The position numbers and the translations under genes are program-made. Shown piece by piece: positions 49,089 to 58,248 of a stretch of 64,000 bases of DNA (position 1 is its first letter; the number at the start of each line of letters is the position of its first letter). This DNA is from Deltaproteobacteria bacterium (GTDB lineage: Bacteria; Desulfobacterota; Desulfomonilia; UBA1062): positions 21,096-85,095 of the forward strand of contig WFSG01000012.1 in the NCBI GenBank assembly GCA_015486075.1, given 5' to 3'. Under the pieces are notes generated by a model that saw only the letters and a program-made list of their open reading frames with translations, made no database searches and had not been told where the DNA came from.

Positions 49089-49715
49089 ATGTTACATAAT
49101 CCAGATGCAACACGCGCTGCCCTTGATATACTGAGGAGTGGTAAGCCATTTCAGTGGTACGTTATAACCCTGCTTGCACTCGTGATATATGTATACTTAA
49201 ATGAGGTATCAAAAAAGAATTGGAAGGGTATAGCAGCTGGCCTGTCTCTGTACATGGTACACTGGCATGCTGAGATTGTAAATGCGCTCATACAGCACTT
49301 CACTGGTCATGCCCTGTGGACAGTTCCCTGCGGAACAGCATTCTTGTTGTTAGTGGGCGTGGGTGTTGAGATAAATCTCATGTTTGCTATTGCAGGGCTT
49401 GCCTTTTCAAAGATACTTCCAGAGGACCCGGGAGAGAAGATCCTGGGTGTTAACAATAGGCTATTCTTCGCGTTCTTAAATGCAGCCATATTTGCCATTG
49501 CAGAGATCTTTCTGGTAAAGACACCCACGTTTGTCTGGGTATACCCATGGTGGGGCGCGTTACCCGTATTCTTGACGGTGTATATCCCGTTCTTCGTTGT
49601 ATCCTTCTACTGCTACGACTGCAAGCCAAGGACACAGCTTATAACGATATCGACTATGGCCTTGGTCAACGTTTTAGCTCTGGTGGTATTTGCAGGTATC
49701 TTGAAATGGATATAG
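49089..49715 (+). CDS. Conserved hypothetical integral membrane protein (paralog 2)
   Basis: Same motif series as paralog 1: LRSGKPFQWY, EVSKKNW, EIVNA..HFTG..LW, GVGVEINLMFA, KILGVNNR. Confidence 0.8.
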   Translation: MLHNPDATRAALDILRSGKPFQWYVITLLALVIYVYLNEVSKKNWKGIAAGLSLYMVHWHAEIVNALIQHFTGHALWTVPCGTAFLLLVGVGVEINLMFAIAGLAFSKILPEDPGEKILGVNNRLFFAFLNAAIFAIAEIFLVKTPTFVWVYPWWGALPVFLTVYIPFFVVSFYCYDCKPRTQLITISTMALVNVLALVVFAGILKWI

Positions 49716-49909
49716 CATGATGATCTGGATACGATACAGCTGTTTTCTAGCGGTATGCTGGGGGCTTAGAACTTAAGATAAGAGGGACTTGATTAAGCCA
49801 AAGAGCGGTTGTAGTGACAGGTCTTGGTATCCTTCATGTTGAAACAGGACCTGAATTGGTGTATTCTAATAAATATTACTTTAGGATACTTGTTTTATAG
49901 GGGGTTGAT

Positions 49910-51694
49910 ATGTCCAAGATAATGGAACCAAGGTCAAAGGCTGGGGATATGTTTTACGATGAGTATTTTTACAAGATCTACAGGAGGATAGGTTATCCAG
50001 AGAAATGGATAGGGGAGGGTAGGTCATATGATCCTTCTGAGTCTTACGTCATCTCGCATCCTAGCTGGTTTGTGGAAGATATACCGGAGATACCAAATGT
50101 CTCCATATACGGTCTTTTTAAAAGGACGGTTGATAACCACCCAGATGAAACAGCCGTGGTTTTTCTCGATAAGAAGATAAGCTATAGGGAGCTGGACAAG
50201 CTGGCACGCAGGTATGCTGCTTTGCTTAAGGATCTAGGGATAAAGAAAGGAGAAGTGGTCTCTGCCATGCTTCCGAACTCGTTGCAACACTGGGTAGCAT
50301 TCTACGGTGCAGCAAAACTGGGCGCCATACACAATCCTATAAACGTAATGTATCAGACAGACGAGGTGGCTTATCAGGTGGATGACTCAGGCGCAAGGGT
50401 TGTGCTTGCACTGGATCTTCTTTATGACAAGCTGAGACCGCTCAAGGAAAAAGGAATTCTTGAGAATATAATAGTCACAAACATAAAAGACTTTGCAGCA
50501 CCTAATGCATTTATACCAGCTGCAATAAAGCCACTTTGGGATATACCCAAGCAAAAGATAGAAGGAGCGCTTGACCTGTTCGATACCATGGAGAAATATG
50601 AGCCCCTTGAAGAAGACGTTGAATGCAGTCCGAGAGACGACACCGCGTTGTTGTTGTATACCGCTGGAACAACAGGCAGGTCAAAGGGTGTGATAGAGAC
50701 GCACTTTAACCTTGTCTTCAACTCTCTTTCCCATGTCCATGCTGCAAGGATATTTGACGACAGGATAGTTAATTATTCCATCATGCCGATGTTCCATACG
50801 GCAGGCTATTTTCTCTACACGCTTCCCACGTTTTACCAGGGAGGGACTGTTATCCCAATACCTATGTTTGACCTTGAGTATACATACAAGATAATACAGG
50901 ATTATGGTGTAAACGTGCTTTTTGCCCCTCCAACCCTGTTTATTGCCTTGATGTCCAACAAGGAGTTCCTGGAGAAGTATGATATAAGCAGTCTGAAGCT
51001 CACGATAGGTTGCGGGGCACCTGTTCCACTTGCCGTACAGAAGCAATGGGATGACCTCTCAGGCATCAGCCTTACCAATGGCTGGGGTATGACAGAGACA
51101 AACAGCGGTGGTACTATATCCATTCCAGGAAGAAAGGAAAAGCTGGACTCCATAGGTATACCTGTATATTCCGAGGTTAAGATAGTTGATGACAAGGGCA
51201 ACATAGTGCCAAGGGGTGAGCAAGGAGAAATACTTTACAGGGGCCTGCAGGTTGCAAAGGGTTACCTAAACAAACCAGAGGAAACGAAGAAAACCTTCCA
51301 GGCAGATGGCTGGCTCAGGACAGGTGACAGGGGATACGTGGATGAAGAGGATTTTGTATACTTCGTTGACAGGGTAAAGGATCTTATTATTGCATCGGGT
51401 TATAACATAGCTCCCGTGGAGGTGGAGGATGTAATCTACGAGCACCCCGGCGTCTCAGAGGTAGCTGTGATAGGAATTCCCCACGAGTACAGGGGTGAGA
51501 CCGTGAAGGCCTTTGTTGTCTTAAAGGATCACGCCAAGGGAAAGGTCACGGAGCAGGATATCATAGAACATTGCCGAAAAAGGCTTGCTACGTTCAAGGT
51601 GCCCCGGATAGTAGAATTCAAGGACACACTTCCAAAGAGTGCTGTGGGCAAGGTGTTGAGGAGGGTACTGAAAGAAGAGGAGTTGTCCAAGTAA
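49910..51694 (+). CDS. Long-chain fatty acid-CoA ligase (FadD-like)
   Basis: YTAGTTGRSKG, PMFH, GWGMTE, GWLRTGD, DRVKDLII, PKSAVGKVLRR. Confidence 0.93.
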   Translation: MSKIMEPRSKAGDMFYDEYFYKIYRRIGYPEKWIGEGRSYDPSESYVISHPSWFVEDIPEIPNVSIYGLFKRTVDNHPDETAVVFLDKKISYRELDKLARRYAALLKDLGIKKGEVVSAMLPNSLQHWVAFYGAAKLGAIHNPINVMYQTDEVAYQVDDSGARVVLALDLLYDKLRPLKEKGILENIIVTNIKDFAAPNAFIPAAIKPLWDIPKQKIEGALDLFDTMEKYEPLEEDVECSPRDDTALLLYTAGTTGRSKGVIETHFNLVFNSLSHVHAARIFDDRIVNYSIMPMFHTAGYFLYTLPTFYQGGTVIPIPMFDLEYTYKIIQDYGVNVLFAPPTLFIALMSNKEFLEKYDISSLKLTIGCGAPVPLAVQKQWDDLSGISLTNGWGMTETNSGGTISIPGRKEKLDSIGIPVYSEVKIVDDKGNIVPRGEQGEILYRGLQVAKGYLNKPEETKKTFQADGWLRTGDRGYVDEEDFVYFVDRVKDLIIASGYNIAPVEVEDVIYEHPGVSEVAVIGIPHEYRGETVKAFVVLKDHAKGKVTEQDIIEHCRKRLATFKVPRIVEFKDTLPKSAVGKVLRRVLKEEELSK

Positions 51695-51707
51695 AGATTT
51701 CAAACCT

Positions 51708-51744
51708 GTCTAGGGGGTAAGCTGTATATGCTTGCCCCCTAGAC
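51708..51744. terminator. Hairpin terminator between convergent genes
   Basis: gtctagggggtaagc-tgtatat-gcttgccccctagac, 15-bp stem with one G-U pair. Confidence 0.8.
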
Positions 51745-51768
51745 CTGACATAAGGAGGGTAAGACCAC

Positions 51769-52914
51769 TTACCTGAGATAGTGCGCTATAATGAGTTTTT
51801 GAACCTCGGTCGTACCTGCTCCGATGGGAAAGACCTTGGCATCCCTCATATACCTCTCAACCGGGAACTCCTTCATGTACCCGTAACCGCCCAGTAAGTG
51901 AACTGCTTCAGACGTAACCCTTGTGGCCATCTCGCACGCGTAAAACTTGCTCTGGGCGGCAAGCATCCTTGCCTCCCTGAACCTACCCTGGTCCCAGGAA
52001 GTTATACCCTTGTAGGTAAGTAGCCTTGATGCCTCGATCTCTACCAGCATTGTTGCAAGCTTGTCCTGCACCATCTCAAAGTTGAATATTGGCTGGCCAA
52101 ATTGTTGCCTTTCCTTGGAATACTTGAGCGCAAAGTCAAAGGCAGCCTGAGCTATTCCTATGGCGAGGGAGCTCCACATGAATCTCTCAATGTCCAGGCC
52201 TGAGAACATCTGCTTAAGGCCTTTGCCTTCGATGCCACCTAGGAGGTTCTCTTCAGGTACATGGCAGTCCTCTAGTACTATCTCGCCTGTAGGGGACGAA
52301 CGAAGGCCCATCTTTGATAGTTTCCTTCCCCTGTGGTAGCCCGGGAAATCCTTTTCCACTATGAAGGTGCATAGCCCACCTGTACCAAGGTCAGGATCAA
52401 TGGTTGCATAAATAAGTGCTATGTCAGCGATGGGTGCGTTTGATATGAATGTCTTTGTTCCGTTCAGGATGTATTCAGTACCCTGTTTTCTGGCCCTTGT
52501 CCTGATAGATGTGGCATCAGAACCTGCGCCTGGCTCCGTGAGCCCCATGCACCCTTTTTTTTCTCCAGATGCTAGGAGTGGCAGGTATTTTTTCTTTTGT
52601 TCCTCGGTACCGTTACGCGCTATGTTGTTTGCGCAAAGTAGTCCGTGGGCACCGTACACAGTCGCAACGCCCGCATCTACCTTTCCTATCTCTTCACCCA
52701 TGAGCCCGAAGGACAGGTAGTCCGTTAGCATGCCGCCGTGTTCAGATGGCACACCCATTCCGAGGAAACCAAGCGGTTTTGCCTTCTCCCAGAGATCATC
52801 GGCGAATTTCTCTTCCCTATCCATTTCTTCTGTGAGTGGTAGTATCTCCTTTTCACTGAATCTACGCACGGTTTCCTTGAGCATCTTCTGCTCTTCAGTA
52901 AGCTCGAAATCCAT
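51769..52914 (-). CDS. Acyl-CoA dehydrogenase, isovaleryl-CoA dehydrogenase type
   Basis: LTEPGAGSD, GTKTFISN, KMGLRSS, GLDIER (IVD-position catalytic Glu), REQFG-like RQQFGQ, IGAGTTE instead of IYEGT. Confidence 0.93.
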   Translation of the reverse strand: MDFELTEEQKMLKETVRRFSEKEILPLTEEMDREEKFADDLWEKAKPLGFLGMGVPSEHGGMLTDYLSFGLMGEEIGKVDAGVATVYGAHGLLCANNIARNGTEEQKKKYLPLLASGEKKGCMGLTEPGAGSDATSIRTRARKQGTEYILNGTKTFISNAPIADIALIYATIDPDLGTGGLCTFIVEKDFPGYHRGRKLSKMGLRSSPTGEIVLEDCHVPEENLLGGIEGKGLKQMFSGLDIERFMWSSLAIGIAQAAFDFALKYSKERQQFGQPIFNFEMVQDKLATMLVEIEASRLLTYKGITSWDQGRFREARMLAAQSKFYACEMATRVTSEAVHLLGGYGYMKEFPVERYMRDAKVFPIGAGTTEVQKLIIAHYLR

Positions 52915-53365
52915 TCTTTATCCCCCTGTTTATCATTTTCTTTTATATATCAATATCATCTGTTTGATAGGCTGTATGCTAACTTGCGTACTTTTATATA
53001 GCATGAAGACCCGCAACACCCTTATAATTGGATATTAAAACTATATACCTCTCTGATATACAATATGACAAATTGACTTGTCAATCAAAACACTGATGAA
53101 AGACGCATCTCAGTATTATCTTAAATTAGTGGAGGCCTTGGATGGGAAGAGCGAGATACAGATGCTGAAATAGAAGATATAAAGTATAAAGAATCTTACA
53201 TTCGGAAATCTGAACGTCCAAGTGACTTGAAAAGATAAGGATGATCTGGTAACATTATCAGAACTTTCTAGGTGCGCTAGGCCTGCCTGAGAGGGCCGGG
53301 TAGATGTTAGGTCCATGTTTGTCTTAATTGAGGTATCAAGCCTGGATATAGGGAGGTAGTTTTCT

Positions 53366-54976
53366 ATGGGCAGAAGAAGCAGGTTATTCGGCATATTAAA
53401 TGTAAGGGCCCCTGCAGTACTTGTGGTGTTTATGACATCCATGGTATTTCTGGTTTCAACTGCCTGTACCACGCACAAGGTTATCAAAAGCAAGCTCCTG
53501 GCCAAGACTGGCATCGTAACGAGAACTGGGAATGGCCCAGTAGATGATGGTAACGAGCCGCCAAGGAACCCTTACCTTGCGGATTCTTACTGGCCCATGA
53601 CGCACAAGAATTCTTATTGCCAGGCATCGTCCCCTTTTCCTGGGCCACTGGGACTAGAAGATGCAAGGTTTGACTTCAGAAGGGGATACAGGGCTATTGG
53701 TGGCCTTATCACAATAGCGTTCTCACATCCCTATGCAGATGGCAGGGTGGTCATATGGGGTAGTGCGGTTAACTGTATTTTCAAGGCATATCCTGCTAGG
53801 GACGGGATTCGCATTATAGACCTGGTAAAGAAGAAGCATTCGCACAGGTTCTCGATAAAGGAAGGTATCTCGGGCGCTTACACCATAGTGGACAAGGATA
53901 ACACGTTCTTTGTGCCAAGGCTTAAGAAGATCTACGCTTACGCGGACTCAGTAGAAGGTGACCCAGACTCGAGAATTGTCCAAAAGGGCATTTTTACTAT
54001 ACCAGAAGGCTACCTAAGGGGCAAGGATGATTACGTCGTTGGTCTTAATATGACCTACGATGGGATGCTTGCCTTTGCCACGAGTCACGGTACTGTAGGG
54101 GTTGTATCCAGGTCTTTTGATCGGGCATATTACTATCACTGCCCGGCTGGAGAAGAGATATCCAACTCCATTGCATGCGACGAGGATGGTGGCATATATG
54201 TTGTTACGAGCAAGCATATGTACAGGGTGCAGTGGACAGGCAATAGGTTGAGCACAGATGGGAAAGACAAGGGTTGGGTTGCCAACTACGATACAGGCAG
54301 CAACATAGAAGGCATAAGGCTTGGCCAGGGATCTGGTTCTACCCCAACGCTTATGGGTGCTGGTAGACAGGACAGGTTCGTTGTTATAACGGATGGACAG
54401 AGATTGATGAACATTGTGTTGTTCTGGCGGGACAGGATACCTGATGACTGGGTGCAGATACCCGGCACAAAAGACCGCCGCATAGCAGCTCAGGTACCGG
54501 TGACATTCGGTAATCCTGATGCCATTCAGTCATCATCCGAACAGTCAGTCTGTGTCAGGGGTTATGGGGCATTGGTGGTCAACAATCAGCTCAAGACAAA
54601 GACTAGAAACCGCATAATTAACATCTTAAGGTCGGGAAATCCTGGTATTGCCCCATACGGGGCTGAAAAGTTCGAGTGGGATCCAAAGGCCAGGGAACTT
54701 AAGCCCGTATGGGCAAATATAAAGGTGAGTCTGCCGAACGGAATACCATGCATGAGTGCAGCCACCAACCTTGTTTACGATGTGGGCCAGAGGGACGGTG
54801 TTTGGACATGGGAAGCCATAGATTGGAACACGGGGAAGTCAGTGTTCTACTACAAGCTGGGAGGCCATTTCTGGTACAACAGCGGATGGGCAGGTACAGA
54901 GATAGGACCAGGTAGGAGCCTGTTTTCTGGAACGGTTCTCGGGATGATGCGACTTGAACCGATACATGAGCAGTAA
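53366..54976 (+). CDS. Hypothetical exported lipoprotein, probably beta-rich/propeller
   Basis: GGGAGG RBS; lipobox STAC; NPYLADSYWPMTH, ISNSIACDEDGGIYVVT, GSGSTPTLMG, SEQSV; many short beta-strand-like segments. Confidence 0.75.
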   Translation: MGRRSRLFGILNVRAPAVLVVFMTSMVFLVSTACTTHKVIKSKLLAKTGIVTRTGNGPVDDGNEPPRNPYLADSYWPMTHKNSYCQASSPFPGPLGLEDARFDFRRGYRAIGGLITIAFSHPYADGRVVIWGSAVNCIFKAYPARDGIRIIDLVKKKHSHRFSIKEGISGAYTIVDKDNTFFVPRLKKIYAYADSVEGDPDSRIVQKGIFTIPEGYLRGKDDYVVGLNMTYDGMLAFATSHGTVGVVSRSFDRAYYYHCPAGEEISNSIACDEDGGIYVVTSKHMYRVQWTGNRLSTDGKDKGWVANYDTGSNIEGIRLGQGSGSTPTLMGAGRQDRFVVITDGQRLMNIVLFWRDRIPDDWVQIPGTKDRRIAAQVPVTFGNPDAIQSSSEQSVCVRGYGALVVNNQLKTKTRNRIINILRSGNPGIAPYGAEKFEWDPKARELKPVWANIKVSLPNGIPCMSAATNLVYDVGQRDGVWTWEAIDWNTGKSVFYYKLGGHFWYNSGWAGTEIGPGRSLFSGTVLGMMRLEPIHEQ

Positions 54977-55076
54977 TATTAACGCCTTAAGACAGGACAT
55001 GCGCTAAGGCGACTGTCCTTGGCAAGGATCTGTATTATGTTGTAACAGGGGGTCAAAGGAGCTATAATGTAATTAT

Positions 55077-55103
55077 TAAGTACTCTGGATAACTAAACGA
55101 TAA
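55077..55103 (+). promoter_or_regulatory. Possible sigma28 (FliA) promoter
   Basis: TAAG-N15-AACGATAA versus consensus TAAA-N15-GCCGATAA, upstream of flagellar-associated genes. Confidence 0.45.
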
Positions 55104-55128
55104 GAAGTGTTAGGTAAAGGAGAAATAA

Positions 55129-55428
55129 ATGGCTGGCCCTTCTGACATATCTGCTATCCTGTCCCAGGCAGGGAGGATTGAAAAGGTTAACCAGAGTCCT
55201 TTTGCGCAATCTGAAGTCACCAAGCAGATTCTTACAGAGCAGGAAGCCAGGGAACGTATGCGTATGAGCAGGGAGGTAAATGCACCCAAGAAAACGGATG
55301 AGATTGCAGTGAGAGAACGCGGGGAAAAGAAAGGACATGAACAGCCGAAACACAGGGATAATTCTGAGGGCAAAGAGGGCAAGGAAAAGAAAGAAGGCAA
55401 AGAGCATATTATTGACGTGGTGATATAG
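55129..55428 (+). CDS. Hypothetical protein (flagellar-associated cluster)
   Basis: AAGGAG RBS; highly charged; C-terminal HIIDVVI resembles the 'G..IDxxV' tails of small flagellar-associated proteins. Confidence 0.7.
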   Translation: MAGPSDISAILSQAGRIEKVNQSPFAQSEVTKQILTEQEARERMRMSREVNAPKKTDEIAVRERGEKKGHEQPKHRDNSEGKEGKEKKEGKEHIIDVVI

Positions 55429-55430
55429 CC

Positions 55431-55853
55431 TTGGATGCAACCAGAACCCTACTTATAGCCCAGATCGTTGTACAGCTAGCCTTTCTAGTGCTTGTGGTCA
55501 TACTTGTATTAAGAGAAAGGCGCGTAAAAGTACCCCTTGATACGCTTGATGCGTTAAAGCAGGTCATATCGGAATCGAGGACGTTATCAGAGGAATTCTC
55601 CACCCAGGTAACGGAAAAGGTCAAGATACTGTCCAGCCTGATGGAAGAGGTTGAAGCGAGAATAAAGCAGGCAGGTGACGTAAAGGCAAGGATGGAAGAG
55701 CTTATAGACAGGGTATCCAGCACCAGGACATATACCAAAGATGACGTTCTGAAACTGCACAAGGGTGGTTTCGAGATCGAGGATATATCCAGTATTACCG
55801 GCATACCGGTTGGCGAGATACAGTTGATGCTGAAGGTTTCAAGAAAAGGGTAG
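55431..55853 (+). CDS. Membrane-anchored coiled-coil protein with C-terminal HTH (DUF2802/DUF6115-like)
   Basis: N-terminal TM segment, coiled coil, VLKLHKGGFEIEDISSITGIPVGEIQLML. Confidence 0.7.
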   Translation: MDATRTLLIAQIVVQLAFLVLVVILVLRERRVKVPLDTLDALKQVISESRTLSEEFSTQVTEKVKILSSLMEEVEARIKQAGDVKARMEELIDRVSSTRTYTKDDVLKLHKGGFEIEDISSITGIPVGEIQLMLKVSRKG

Positions 55854-55862
55854 GATTGGTAT

Positions 55863-56648
55863 ATGGTGGATGGTATCAACGCCGGTGTTCTGGAGAATGC
55901 AATTACCCTTGAGACTAGGATCCCTTCTCTTTTCGTTGGTAGACGACTTGTCGTAACAGTTCTTTCGAACACCAAGGATGGAAGGGTTTTAGTCTCCATG
56001 TTCGGTAAGAAGTTCTATGTAGAGACAAGTCTCAACCTTGCGAAAGGTCAGGTATTGCATCTAAAGGTGCATGCGACAAGGCCAAGGATAGTACTGAAGC
56101 CAGTTGTGCATTCAAAAGCTGATCCCTCCTTTTCCCCAAGTGAAGTGGACACCCTTATAGATAGATTGGTGGGTTCGTTTGGCAATACAGATATAAGGGA
56201 GTTTGATGTAAAGAGGATCTTGGAGCATGTATTGCAGGAGACAAGGCATGATTCTGAGACTCAGGGCCTCGTTCATGTACTACTAAAGGATTTATCAGCC
56301 TTTGCCGGTGCTGTCTCCATTCTCTACATACCTTTCTTTGTTGACAAAGATTCAGGTGGGCGGGCCAGGGTCTCCATACATAAGGATGGGGACGAATCCT
56401 ATGCCATAAACTTCGACGTAGACATGGATTACCTAGGCAGGATCAGGTGCACGGCAAGGATTAAAGATGGCCTTGATGTAGAGATTGTATCTTCTTCTAA
56501 TGACGTTGTAGACTTCTTGAGATCACATGCAAGAGACCTGGGAGATAAACTCATGGATATGGGCCTTAGTCTAAAGAGGCTCGAGATAATGCAGGCAGCC
56601 TTGCCTTATCAAGGGGATGCCGGCTCTGGAATGGACGTCGTTGTATGA
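55863..56648 (+). CDS. FliK-like (hook-length-control C-terminal domain) protein
   Basis: INFDVDMDYLGRIRC..LRSHARDLGDKLMDMGL..MDVVV resembles the FliK C-terminal domain; directly upstream of an FlhB-C-like gene. Confidence 0.6.
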   Translation: MVDGINAGVLENAITLETRIPSLFVGRRLVVTVLSNTKDGRVLVSMFGKKFYVETSLNLAKGQVLHLKVHATRPRIVLKPVVHSKADPSFSPSEVDTLIDRLVGSFGNTDIREFDVKRILEHVLQETRHDSETQGLVHVLLKDLSAFAGAVSILYIPFFVDKDSGGRARVSIHKDGDESYAINFDVDMDYLGRIRCTARIKDGLDVEIVSSSNDVVDFLRSHARDLGDKLMDMGLSLKRLEIMQAALPYQGDAGSGMDVVV

Positions 56649-56944
56649 ATAATAAAAAGCACAATGATACAAGTAAGCCAGACAAGGCAGTTGCCCTTGG
56701 CTATGTAAGGGGTAAAGATGCTGCACCAAGGGTAAAGGCAAAGGGTAGGGGGAAACTAGCCGAGAGGATACTTGCCATTGCTAGGGCTAGCGGTATTCCT
56801 ATAAAGGAGGATAAGGCCCTAGTAGATGCCCTCTATAGATTGGATATCAACGAAGAGATACCTGAGGCACTTTACCGGGTGGTTGCCGAGATACTTGCCT
56901 TTATCTATCGTATGAACAATCTTGCCCGTGGTGAAGGTATATAA
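56645..56944 (+). CDS. FlhB C-terminal-like / EscU-YscU-HrcU family small protein (FlhX-like)
   Basis: KAVALGY..DAAPRVKAKGRG..AERILAIA..IPEALYRVVAEILAFIY. Confidence 0.92.
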   Translation: MNNKKHNDTSKPDKAVALGYVRGKDAAPRVKAKGRGKLAERILAIARASGIPIKEDKALVDALYRLDINEEIPEALYRVVAEILAFIYRMNNLARGEGI

Positions 56945-56946
56945 GA

Positions 56947-56985
56947 AAGGGATACCAGGGATAGTTAATATCCCTGGTATCCCTT
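56947..56985. terminator. Bidirectional hairpin terminator
   Basis: Perfect 17-bp stem aagggataccagggata-gttaa-tatccctggtatccctt between convergent genes. Confidence 0.85.
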
Positions 56986-57001
56986 CATGTTTAAACAACC
57001 T

Positions 57002-58237
57002 TTAGTCTCCGAACTGCTTTTTAACCTCCTTGAATGCCTTGTCAGCCACGTCGAGGGTTTTTTTTATGTCCTCCTCGGTGTGCGCCGCGCTTATAAACCA
57101 GTTGTGATGTGGATTGAAGAACACACCCCTTTTAGCGCACTCAGCGCAAAAGAGCTGGCTCCTCATGAAATTATCTTCGTTTGAAAAGGTCATGAAAGGT
57201 ATGGCGGGTGGCCCTGATATTGTGACTTTGAGGCCATTGGAGTCAGCGAGTTCCTTGAGGCCATTTGTTAAACTGAGGCCCCTTTCCCTTACCACGGAGG
57301 GTACATCTATCTTCTCCATCTCGTCTATACAGGCAAGTGCGGCTGCCATCTCGGGTGAGTTAAACCAGTAAGAGCCAGTTGCAAAGATTTTCGATGCTGC
57401 TATCTTCATCTTCTCAGTACCTACCAAGGCAGATATGGAGTAGCCATTTGCAATGGCCTTACAGTAACAGGCAAGGTCAGGCTTGAAACCAAAGTAATGT
57501 GCCGAACCCTTTAAGTCCAAACGCCATCCAGCCCGGACATCGTCTATAATGAGCACTATATCATTCTTGTTGCATACTTCCCTCATGCCGTTCCAGAAAC
57601 CTGGTTCGGGAAGTACTTGATCCGCGAAGGTAGGGTGATGATACGGGGTAAACATGACACCTGCAATATCGTTCTTGTTTTCTTCAACCACGCGCCTGAA
57701 TGCGCCAAGGTCGCCCCAGGGGATAAAAATCACATTCTTCCTGTCCTCAGGTGTCACACCTACCATGTTGGATGTGCACCATGGCTGGGTTCCGTGGTAA
57801 CCACCATCGGCCAGGACTATCTTCTTTCTCCTAGTATAAGCTCGTGCAAGAAGAACCGCCATGGAAGTTGTGTCTGCCCCGTTCTTGGCAAAGATGGCCC
57901 AGTCAGCACAGTCGTTTATCTCAACCAGGCGTTCTGCCAACTCAACCATAAGAGGAGATGCAATTGTAACGCAAGTACCCTTCTTGGCCTGTTTCATAAA
58001 GGCTTCGTCCACTTTGTCATTGGCATAGCCAAGAATCATAGGTCCGTAGGCACACATGTAGTCAATATATTCATTGCCATCCACGTCCCATAAATGTGAG
58101 CCCTTTGCCTTCTCGACAAAGTAAGGGTACGATCCAGGTACTGTTATGACAGGGGTCAGGTGGCCGTATATACCCTGTGGTATGACCTTTGCCGCGCGTG
58201 CAAAAATTTCCATCGACTTGTCTAATTTGTATGTCAT
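57002..58237 (-). CDS. Class III PLP aminotransferase, aminopentol aminotransferase FumI-like
   Basis: IPQGIYGH, IDYMCAYGP, DWAIFAKNGADTT, YHGTQPW, DDVRAGWR, KAIANGY (PLP Lys), TGSYWF, PHHNWFISAAH. Confidence 0.85.
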   Translation of the reverse strand: MTYKLDKSMEIFARAAKVIPQGIYGHLTPVITVPGSYPYFVEKAKGSHLWDVDGNEYIDYMCAYGPMILGYANDKVDEAFMKQAKKGTCVTIASPLMVELAERLVEINDCADWAIFAKNGADTTSMAVLLARAYTRRKKIVLADGGYHGTQPWCTSNMVGVTPEDRKNVIFIPWGDLGAFRRVVEENKNDIAGVMFTPYHHPTFADQVLPEPGFWNGMREVCNKNDIVLIIDDVRAGWRLDLKGSAHYFGFKPDLACYCKAIANGYSISALVGTEKMKIAASKIFATGSYWFNSPEMAAALACIDEMEKIDVPSVVRERGLSLTNGLKELADSNGLKVTISGPPAIPFMTFSNEDNFMRSQLFCAECAKRGVFFNPHHNWFISAAHTEEDIKKTLDVADKAFKEVKKQFGD

Positions 58238-58248
58238 CTAAGCACCCC

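Noticed and set aside
57002..58237. Annotation as glutamate-1-semialdehyde aminomutase (hemL)
   Set aside because: Lacks the HemL signatures SPVRA, NSGTEA and DEVMTGFR; has KNGADTT and DDVRAG instead, and there is no tetrapyrrole gene context.
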